DNA from: a virus
Lineage: Duplodnaviria; Heunggongvirae; Uroviricota; Caudoviricetes
IMG/VR virus record: IMGVR_UViG_2667527666_000009
Strand: one strand, 5' to 3'
DNA length: 46,534 bases
A program made the position numbers and the translations under genes. The notes under the pieces were generated by a model. The model did no database searches, was not told the DNA's origin, and saw only the letters and a program-made list of their open reading frames with translations. Of the stretch, positions 1-7,847 are shown one piece after another. The number at the start of each line of letters is the position of its first letter. Within the stretch, counting starts at the first letter, position 1.

Positions 1-1284
1 TTACAGACTTCTGGAAGGTTGCGCAGCTCTTACAACACGCGGTTGATCTTCCGCAGCGTCTTCCAGCGCACTTAAATCACGGTCTTTCACCTCTGGCATT
101 TTCAGCGCAGAGATTAAACCAATCACTGAATATGCCATGATCATAATGGCGATCGGATACCAGGATTCCGTCATGGTGCAGAAAATACCCGCCAGGATAG
201 GACCAAAACCGGAAGCGATAAGACCACCAATTTCTTTAGAAATAGCCATCCGGGTAAAGCGGTTTTTACAGCCGAACATTTCTGCCATGGTAATGTTTTC
301 CAGAGCAAATAATCCCAGCACCGCACAGTTATGAATCACAATCAGTGCAACCATAATGGTGCTCGGGGCATAGCTTTTATCTACAATGATAGAAAGCATT
401 GGCCATGCCAGCACAATCGCGGAGGTATTCATAATAATATACGGGATCCGGCGACCAATTTTATCGGATAACCAACCAAGGAACGGAATGGTCATAAAGC
501 CGAGAATCGAACTGATCATCAATGCATCTGTTGGAATTGCTTTGTTAAACAATAACGTCTGCACTAAATAGCCTGCAAGGAAAGTCTGAATTAACCCGGA
601 GTTACCCGCCTGACCAAAACGCAGCCCTGTTGCCAGCCAGAAGGATTTGCTCTGGAACATGCTACCAGCAGGTGCAGGTTTTGCTGTCGGTTGGTTACTG
701 TCGTTAACCTTCTCAAAGACCGGGCTTTCTTTCAGATTCATACGCAACCAGATAGCAAAGACCATCACGACAACGCTCGCCAGGAACGGTATACGCCATC
801 CCCACGCCAGCAGTTCCTCTTTACTGAGAATGAAGAACATAAAGGCCCAGATTGCCGTTGCGCTCAAGGTTCCGCAGTTAGTTCCCATAGCCACAAATGA
901 GGAGATAATTCCGCGCTTACCTTTTGGCGCATATTCCGCCAGCATCGTACCGGCACCGGAAATTTCCGCACCTGCACCCAACCCCTGAATAATACGCAAC
1001 GTCACCAGCAAGATGGGTGCAAAAACACCAATCTGTGCATAGGTCGGTAACACACCAATTAAGGTGGTACAGATCCCCATCATGGTGATGGTAATAAAGA
1101 GCACTTTTTTACGCCCTATTCTGTCGCCCATTTTGCCGAAAATAAATGCTCCGACAATACGCGCCACATAACCTGCACCGTAGGTTCCCATTGCCAGAAT
1201 TAACGCCATTGCCGTTGATGATTCAGGAAAAAATATTTCATGAAACACTAACGCTGCGCCGAGCGAATATAACTGGAAATCCAT
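1..1284 (-). CDS. ydfJ: MFS-family transporter, host gene lacking its N-terminal region at the prophage boundary
   Basis: 427-aa ORF with MFS transporter character (many hydrophobic segments, GxxxDRxGRK-like motif); compared with sugar/shikimate-type MFS proteins the first transmembrane segment appears missing, consistent with interruption by prophage insertion. Confidence 0.75.
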   Translation of the reverse strand: MDFQLYSLGAALVFHEIFFPESSTAMALILAMGTYGAGYVARIVGAFIFGKMGDRIGRKKVLFITITMMGICTTLIGVLPTYAQIGVFAPILLVTLRIIQGLGAGAEISGAGTMLAEYAPKGKRGIISSFVAMGTNCGTLSATAIWAFMFFILSKEELLAWGWRIPFLASVVVMVFAIWLRMNLKESPVFEKVNDSNQPTAKPAPAGSMFQSKSFWLATGLRFGQAGNSGLIQTFLAGYLVQTLLFNKAIPTDALMISSILGFMTIPFLGWLSDKIGRRIPYIIMNTSAIVLAWPMLSIIVDKSYAPSTIMVALIVIHNCAVLGLFALENITMAEMFGCKNRFTRMAISKEIGGLIASGFGPILAGIFCTMTESWYPIAIMIMAYSVIGLISALKMPEVKDRDLSALEDAAEDQPRVVRAAQPSRSL

Positions 1285-2069
1285 AATTCACAGGTGTTTT
1301 TTCCCATCCTGTGGTTCCCTTGGCGTTTTCTAGGTTTTTTCAGATAGTTGCATTTTTTAAAAAGCATCCTGAGTTCGATCTCAGTGTCTATCTGGGGCCT
1401 ATTTCTGTCCCATATATGCCCCAAAAAAACTCCCCAACAGATAAGTGGTTTTTTCATGGATTTATGCGTAAAATCAAGAACGGCTGGAAATCATTCAATA
1501 CACACACTATCGAAAAATTTACCAGCCAACCGCAGCACGTTCTTGCATAAGGCGTGTCTGCGGTTTTTCAACTATTCAGATACATCACTCCCATCACATT
1601 CATTCCTCCGCATCAAAGGCATATAGGCTATATCACCTTGATATTTTTCTTCTTCAGATAAAAACTGTTATCTATGTATACTTTTAAACCCAATCCGTGT
1701 AGAGTCTCTGCATAAGATAGTTTGCAGTTGCCGCTTCAGCTTGCGCCATAAACCGCCTGATTTTTGCTGCCACCTGTTAGCATTCCTGTATACCTGAAAC
1801 GACAATGTTTATCTACGAACTTTAAGAACACCCAAGATAAAAATCGTCAACTATATCATATATAACACATTACTAATTCGAGGCTATATGAACAGCATAC
1901 TGATAATCACTTCTCTCCTTATCATATTCAGCATTTTTAGTCATGCCCTAATAAAATTAGGGATTGGCATATCCAATAACCCAGACAAAACCGATGTATA
2001 AGTCAACATATCCTGAATCAGACATACAATATCGCAATGAAAATCAATAATATTTTAAGGAATATCTTC

Positions 2070-2303
2070 ATGAAATCAAAAGACACCCTAAAGTGGTTCC
2101 CTGCGCAGCTTCCTGAAGTAAGAATTATCCTAGGGGATGCTGTAGTGGAAGTAGCAAAACAGGGAAGACCTATCAATACCAGAACATTGCTTGATTACAT
2201 TGAAGGAAACATAAAGAAAAAATCATGGCTGGATAACAAAGAATTATTACAAACAGCGATATCAGTTCTTAAAGACAACCAAAATTTAAATGGTAAAATG
2301 TAA
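2070..2303 (+). CDS. ydfK: small cold-shock-associated prophage protein YdfK/YnaE family
   Basis: ORF 2037..2303; internal ATG at 2070 preceded by AAGGAA; product MKSKDTLKWFPAQLPEV... matches recalled YdfK. Confidence 0.7.
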   Translation: MKSKDTLKWFPAQLPEVRIILGDAVVEVAKQGRPINTRTLLDYIEGNIKKKSWLDNKELLQTAISVLKDNQNLNGKM

Positions 2304-2618
2304 TATAATTAACTTACTTTTTTATCATTTTCCACTTTAACAACATTTTGCTCCACTTTTCCACGACCAAACAACTTGAAATCTGGTTAAAATAACACGC
2401 AACACTATTCTTCTTCCTTGAGTCCGCCTGGAACTCGAAAAACAAACCGAATTAAAGCCATTTTTCACAAAATCGATTTTGGGTCTCACCAAAATTACGG
2501 GGTTGCATACGCATTCGTTTATTTTCGAACGTGTACATACAAATATGCACAAAAATAATCAAAATTATTTTCTGAGATGCATTATGATATGAACACCAAT
2601 TTCGTATAGAGTCTCACT

Positions 2619-3209
2619 ATGTCTCGAATTTTTGCTTACTGTCGGATATCAACGCTGGATCAGACCACCGAAAATCAACGCCGGGAAATCGAAAGTGCAG
2701 GTTTTAAAATCAAACCTCAGCAAATAATCGAAGAACACATTAGCGGCTCAGCAGCAACCAGTGAGCGTCCTGGTTTTAACCGGTTGCTTGCTCGCCTGAA
2801 ATGTGGTGATCAATTGATTGTGACAAAATTGGATCGCCTTGGTTGTAATGCAATGGATATCAGGAAAACAGTGGAACAACTGACCGAAACAGGTATCAGA
2901 GTGCATTGCTTAGCATTGGGGGGCATTGACCTGACCAGTCCAACAGGAAAAATGATGATGCAAGTAATTTCAGCAGTCGCTGAATTTGAACGAGACCTTT
3001 TACTTGAACGCACTCATTCCGGGATAGTAAGAGCCCGGGGCGCAGGGAAACGTTTTGGTCGACCACCTGTGTTAAATGAAGAACAGAAACAGGTGGTATT
3101 CGAACGGATTAAGTCAGGTGTAAGTATAAGTGCCATTGCCCGGGAATTCAAAACCTCGCGGCAAACCATTTTAAGAGCCAAAGCAAAACTTCAGACACCT
3201 GACATATAA
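2619..3209 (+). CDS. pinQ: serine-recombinase DNA invertase (Pin/Gin/Hin/Cin family)
   Basis: 196 aa; N-terminal catalytic motif YCRISTLDQ (resolvase/invertase active-site Ser) and C-terminal HTH. Confidence 0.9.
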
Positions 3210-3436
3210 AAAATAATCTCGGTGTGAGATGCTTTACGTCTTCCAAGCCCCCTTCCTTGCCGTAAATGGAAAGATACATCTAATTATAGAATTTATATGT
3301 TTTACCCTACGGCAGTGCTGGCCATTCAATATCCTGTGCAGTTGACGTATCAACACGGTTCAGCAACACCCGATACTTTTTCCTGGCTTCCAGCAACGGG
3401 GTTTCTTCCTCCGTTGCATATACAGCTCACCTTTTT

Positions 3437-3730
3437 TCACCCACGATTAACCAACAGCCAGATCAGCAGACACGCCACCACCGGCACAGCAAAATCCATC
3501 AGGCTTGCCACATCCCAAACACGCGGATCAAAACCGCCCCACCACGGCATGTTAATCCGCTTGCCATGCCCGAACATTTCAATCCAGCGATATTCTGCCT
3601 GGGTGTGTTCACGCGCAATGAAGAACGTACAACCAGCTATCGCCCCATAAGCCCAGTTTCCGGTAAAAAGACCAACCAGTGTCTGCGCAGCCACAGCACA
3701 AAGCGCATGAAGAAAAGGTGTTATATCCAT
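3437..3730 (-). CDS. hypothetical small inner-membrane protein, last gene of the tail-fibre operon
   Basis: 97 aa with two or three hydrophobic helices; starts 11 nt after the upstream gene; no family recognised. Confidence 0.45.
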   Translation of the reverse strand: MDITPFLHALCAVAAQTLVGLFTGNWAYGAIAGCTFFIAREHTQAEYRWIEMFGHGKRINMPWWGGFDPRVWDVASLMDFAVPVVACLLIWLLVNRG

Positions 3731-3740
3731 TACTCCTCCT

Positions 3741-4445
3741 TTATCTAATATCGCTTCGGGAAGTTAATAACAACTTTAATTCTGACTCAAGTTCATCAAC
3801 TCTTTCAGTCAGTTTCTGGATATGGTGAATCAGTGGAACAACCAGACGTTCGTACATTACACCTTCGGCAACAAGGCCATTGCTGGAAATAGCTTCAGGA
3901 GCATCATCTTCGTTAGCTGGTCGCCAGTGTACAAACTGAGGAGCAATTTCTCCTACTTCCTCGGCAATCAATCCGTAGAATCCCCAGTCACGCCTGTCAT
4001 TTTCGCATTGCGACCTGTACCACACAGGGCGCATCCTGAAAATGAGATCGGCGTGCTCTGAATCTATTGTCTCTACTGAATGTTTATAGCGGATAGACGA
4101 TGTTGACCGCAGCACAGACGAAATTGCACGGTCAGGATTAAGATAAAGGTTTGCCGCCGCTGTAGTCGTGGCCAAATTCCATAAATAAAACGCTTCACGA
4201 CCTGTCAGTGGATAAAAATCTCCGCCATAACGACCACTTTCCAGATCGTTCACTTCCACTTTGTTTTTCAGCTTATTATCAACTTCAGTTTTTGTGTATC
4301 TGGAGCTGATATCCTGCTTTGCACTGGTCATCTCAGTCTGAAGCGTTGATACTTTTCTGCTAATTGATGAAATATCTTCCTTAGCTTTACTGACATCCCC
4401 CTTTAGCTTGGTGATATCTCCTGGAATTACTGTCGATGTAGCCAT
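3741..4445 (-). CDS. tail-fibre-like protein with coiled-coil N-terminus and peptidase-S74-type intramolecular chaperone domain
   Basis: 234 aa; N-terminal heptad-rich region (KLKGDVSKAKEDISSISRKVSTLQTEM) then a C-terminal segment resembling the autoproteolytic chaperone domain of tail spikes/fibres (SSIRYK..., GFYGLIAEEV..., terminal coiled coil). Confidence 0.6.
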   Translation of the reverse strand: MATSTVIPGDITKLKGDVSKAKEDISSISRKVSTLQTEMTSAKQDISSRYTKTEVDNKLKNKVEVNDLESGRYGGDFYPLTGREAFYLWNLATTTAAANLYLNPDRAISSVLRSTSSIRYKHSVETIDSEHADLIFRMRPVWYRSQCENDRRDWGFYGLIAEEVGEIAPQFVHWRPANEDDAPEAISSNGLVAEGVMYERLVVPLIHHIQKLTERVDELESELKLLLTSRSDIR

Positions 4446-4454
4446 TTTCCTGCC

Positions 4455-4736
4455 TCACATCCAGCCACGAAGTTGATGCTCAACAACAACCGCGTATTTA
4501 TCGAATATTGACGATTTTTTTGCATCATTAATGATGCGCACGTTTACAAAATATCCGTCTTCCTTAACACATACCGGCTCGCCATCTTCAGTAAGTTCTC
4601 CGGTTTCTTTGTACACGTTACCTATCACGTCAATAAGAATATCATCCTGCATCGACTCGTCATCATAATAGCCAGCACTCTTCATAAAGGCCGAAAAGTC
4701 GGCCTTGTCTGTGAATTTGATAATTAAATCTCGCAT
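4455..4736 (-). CDS. hypothetical protein translationally coupled to the side tail fibre gene (possible fibre assembly factor)
   Basis: 93-aa ORF; its ATG overlaps the stf stop codon (TAATG on the minus strand at 4734..4738). Confidence 0.45.
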   Translation of the reverse strand: MRDLIIKFTDKADFSAFMKSAGYYDDESMQDDILIDVIGNVYKETGELTEDGEPVCVKEDGYFVNVRIINDAKKSSIFDKYAVVVEHQLRGWM

Positions 4737-7120
4737 TATATTATCTCTCCCATTTGCGCATCGGTTAATTCTTTATGCCATATTCTAAAATTCCTGATAT
4801 AACCAAATAAATGACGTAAGCCGGCTGTAGTCTGGCCTCCAATCCTTATACCTGTAGCACCACTAACACTCTTCCACGTTGTTGATGCTGGTGTTGATAA
4901 AACCCCATTGCAGCCAGCCTGAAACTTGCCATCGCTTTTTATTCTATATACAGCGATAATCTTTCTTGGGTAATTTCCAGGTGGAAATGATATTGGATTA
5001 CCAAATTGAACATATGGAGTTCCTACACTACCTGCTGTATTTCTGAATGCAAAAACAAAAGCGTCGTCTTTTGTTTTAAATCCTGTTATATCATAAATTC
5101 TAGGCGCGGAATTTGGTGCTATAGACCAATTTTTATTCACTTCAACCATGCAGGTTAAAGGTTTGCTGGCCATGTTATTTTTACAAGGCAATGTAACAAT
5201 ATCGCTTGCTCGCGTTGATGCAACTGTATCGGAAATGATAAAAGATGATGCGCATGAGCCGCCTTCAAATTGTGGTGTCGTAACATCCAAATATTCCCCG
5301 CCCAAATAAGTTCCAGGTGAAACAGGTGGAGCAATTTGGATCTGAGAGCCAACCATATTATCAATAGCTTCAGATTGATATGTAACCTCGAAATAAATCC
5401 ATCCATTAGATTCTTTCTCCGCTCGGGCGGTTATTCTTGCAGCCCCTCCTCCCGTTTTCCTAATGGACATATCTGTTATATTAAGATATGCATCTGCCAG
5501 ATAAAAATATGCGGACCCGTCATATCTTTCAAATCTTATACGACATTGTATATTAGCACTATCGCTTTTTACACGACATGATGTTGTAACATACTTTTCA
5601 GTTCCAGTAACATCGACACCTCTTCCTCCTGAAACCGCAGCGATATTCATTGTCGTATTTGTCCCAATTTTTTCGTCCTTTATTTGAAACCGCCCATAAG
5701 TAAAGCCAAACTCATCAACACCACTTTCTGTTATAGTTACACTTGTTGTAGCTCCCCACTTAGATGGCGTAAGTGAATTAAGATGATAGTTGGTTCTTTG
5801 TCCTTCAATCAGCAAACCTTCTCGTTCAAATCGCGGTTCGTCAACTTCAGCAACGGTTAATACTCCTGATTTATTAATGTATGTTGCACCTGATGCGCGT
5901 TTGAAGCTAACAACCTTATCGGATGGCATTTTAATAACATCATCACCTACAGTTATTTGCTTATAACCAGGCGAAAAGCCAGCAAGCATATCCAGTGAAT
6001 CGTTAAACGGTATCCACACATCGGGAAGCGGCTGCAAAACTTGTTTATACGGCTCCGCAGCCTGGCTTGCATACTCTCTGGCTGCGTCTTCACTTGCTTT
6101 TGCAGCCGTCTGGCTTGCAGCGGATGCTTTCGCCGAGTTAGCCGCCGCAGTCTCGCTCGCCTTTGCGTTGGTTTCACTGGTTTTTGCAGCTTTTTGACTG
6201 TTGGCTGATGCAGTGGCAGAAGAAGCCGCCGCACTTGCAGAACCAGCTGCGGCACTCTCGCTTTGGGCCGCTGCATCCTGACTGTTTTTCGCCGCAGTTT
6301 CGCTGGCTTTGGCATTCGTTTCGCTGGTCTTCGCTGCCGTCTGGCTGGACTTTGCGTTAGTTTCACTCGTCTTCGCTGCTTTCTGACTGTTAGCCGCAGC
6401 AGTTGCTGATCCAGCTGCTGAAGTCGCAGAACCGGCTGCCGCGCTCTCGCTTTGGGCTGCTGCAACCTGGCTGTTTTTTGCCGCAGTTTCACTGGCTTTG
6501 GCATTCGTTTCGCTGGTCTTCGCTGCCGTCTGGCTGGACTTTGCGTTGGTTTCGCTCGTCTTTGCGGCTGTCTCGCTGTTTTTCGCGTTGGTTTCTGATT
6601 TTTTGGCTGCTGTCGCGGAGTTTGCCGATGCAGTCTGTGAGGTCGCTGCCGCCTGTGCGCTGTTAGCTGCATTCGTTTCTGAGGTTTTCGCCGCGTTCTT
6701 CGATGATGCCGCTGCAGTTTCGGATTTCTTTGCCGCCGCTGCGCTCTGAGAGGCGGCTTCGGCGTTGCGTGCCGCTTCTTCCACCATTTCCTCAAAACGG
6801 CGCAATGCCTCCGGCATGACATCATCTTCCGTCATGGCACCGAGAAAATCATTCAGCGTACCTGGTCTGGAACCTTCATAGACGGTAATGGTCCCGGCAT
6901 GTGAAGGCGGAAAACCTTCAACCAGCAGGGTGACGCTGTACTGGCCATACTCAACATCCATGCTGTAACGTCCGGCTTCATCCGGATTTTCAGAAGCCAC
7001 CGTGTTCACCAGTACCGTGGTGCTGTTACGCTTTGCCTTCAGTTGAATAGTGCAGTTCTGTATTGGTTTTCCCGCACCATCTTTCAGCACACCTGAGATT
7101 TTTACTGCTGCCATATCCAC
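4736..7120 (-). CDS. stf: side tail fibre protein (lambda Stf-like N-terminus, Ala/Ser/Thr-rich repeat shaft, lectin-like C-terminal domain)
   Basis: 794 aa; N-terminus AVKISGVLKDG...GRYSMDVEYGQYSV...HAGTITVYE matches lambda Stf; central low-complexity repeats; C-terminus has a laminin-G/concanavalin-like motif (FRIWHKELTDAQM). Confidence 0.85.
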   Translation of the reverse strand: MDMAAVKISGVLKDGAGKPIQNCTIQLKAKRNSTTVLVNTVASENPDEAGRYSMDVEYGQYSVTLLVEGFPPSHAGTITVYEGSRPGTLNDFLGAMTEDDVMPEALRRFEEMVEEAARNAEAASQSAAAAKKSETAAASSKNAAKTSETNAANSAQAAATSQTASANSATAAKKSETNAKNSETAAKTSETNAKSSQTAAKTSETNAKASETAAKNSQVAAAQSESAAAGSATSAAGSATAAANSQKAAKTSETNAKSSQTAAKTSETNAKASETAAKNSQDAAAQSESAAAGSASAAASSATASANSQKAAKTSETNAKASETAAANSAKASAASQTAAKASEDAAREYASQAAEPYKQVLQPLPDVWIPFNDSLDMLAGFSPGYKQITVGDDVIKMPSDKVVSFKRASGATYINKSGVLTVAEVDEPRFEREGLLIEGQRTNYHLNSLTPSKWGATTSVTITESGVDEFGFTYGRFQIKDEKIGTNTTMNIAAVSGGRGVDVTGTEKYVTTSCRVKSDSANIQCRIRFERYDGSAYFYLADAYLNITDMSIRKTGGGAARITARAEKESNGWIYFEVTYQSEAIDNMVGSQIQIAPPVSPGTYLGGEYLDVTTPQFEGGSCASSFIISDTVASTRASDIVTLPCKNNMASKPLTCMVEVNKNWSIAPNSAPRIYDITGFKTKDDAFVFAFRNTAGSVGTPYVQFGNPISFPPGNYPRKIIAVYRIKSDGKFQAGCNGVLSTPASTTWKSVSGATGIRIGGQTTAGLRHLFGYIRNFRIWHKELTDAQMGEII
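6060..6760. repeat. tandem repeat array inside stf; two near-identical 189-bp units (core 6291..6358 and 6480..6547) flanked by diverged copies
   Basis: direct comparison of the two cores shows a near-exact match at an offset of 189 bp (63 codons), giving repeated KTSETNAKSSQTAAKTSETNAKASETAAKNSQ-type peptide units. Confidence 0.8.
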
Positions 7121-7130
7121 TCCACAAAAA

Positions 7131-7152
7131 AGCCCGCCTGAACCGGCGGGCT
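7131..7152 (-). terminator. rho-independent terminator downstream of lom
   Basis: GC-rich hairpin (AGCCCGCC/GGCGGGCT) followed on the minus strand by a T-run (plus-strand A-run 7125..7130). Confidence 0.6.
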
Positions 7153-7178
7153 GTCATAACACTGTGTTACCTGGCTAA

Positions 7179-7778
7179 TCAGAATTTATAACCGACACCC
7201 ACGATGAAACCGTCAGTGCGCCAGTCACCACTGCCGGAGCCTTCATAAGCAATATCAATGGCCACGGATTCGGTCGGGTTAAACTGCACGCCAGCTCCCC
7301 ACGCCAGAGACGTGTTGCTGTGGCGATCATCATCACTTCCGGTCAGCACATCGTGCGTTTTCCCCTTGTTGTCAGTTACGCGGAGATAATCCCCGGAGAA
7401 CGTCGAAACACGGCTGTAAGCCATACCTGCCATCGCATAAGCACTGAACCATTCATTCACGCGTACAGATGGCCCCGCCATCATGCTGAACCAGCGGTTA
7501 CGCACTGAATCTTCATGCCAGCGGGTATCGCTGTAATGCGTTTTTTGCTCATCTTTGGCATTGGCATAACTGAATGACGTCACCAGCCCCAGCGTGTCCG
7601 TAAATTCATAACGGTATTTCACGTTAATCCCGTTCAGATTATCGCTGCCGGGAACGTTCGTCGAGGCATGAAGATACCCCGCGCTCAGCGTGGACTGATG
7701 TTCAGATGCCCATGCAGGCGCACCGGATACGGCCAGACAAATGGCTGCGGACAAAATGGCGGCATAAAGTTTACGCAT
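7179..7778 (-). CDS. lom: Lom outer-membrane protein (Ail/Lom/PagC beta-barrel family)
   Basis: 199 aa with signal peptide, alternating beta-strand pattern and terminal aromatic residue (GVGYKF); position immediately downstream of J as in lambda. Confidence 0.85.
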   Translation of the reverse strand: MRKLYAAILSAAICLAVSGAPAWASEHQSTLSAGYLHASTNVPGSDNLNGINVKYRYEFTDTLGLVTSFSYANAKDEQKTHYSDTRWHEDSVRNRWFSMMAGPSVRVNEWFSAYAMAGMAYSRVSTFSGDYLRVTDNKGKTHDVLTGSDDDRHSNTSLAWGAGVQFNPTESVAIDIAYEGSGSGDWRTDGFIVGVGYKF

Positions 7779-7808
7779 AATTACCTCTCGCTTTTCTGCA
7801 ATAAAAAA

Positions 7809-7826
7809 GGCACCATTTCTGGTGCC
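7809..7826 (-). terminator. hairpin plus T-run between J and lom
   Basis: GGCACCA-TTTC-TGGTGCC hairpin followed on the minus strand by T6 (plus-strand A-run 7803..7808). Confidence 0.5.
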
Positions 7827-7847
7827 CTTATATGGGTTATAACAATT

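Noticed and set aside
1285-2036. Possible attL core at the left prophage boundary
   Set aside because: The boundary must lie here because ydfJ is truncated, but without the matching attR or an uninterrupted host allele the core cannot be located; 1311..1626 ORFs look spurious.
5953-6825. 290-aa Arg/Gln-rich ORF on the minus strand
   Set aside because: Alternative frame of the stf repeat region; the low-complexity composition is a by-product of the Ala/Ser/Thr repeat codons, and it lies wholly inside a well-supported gene.
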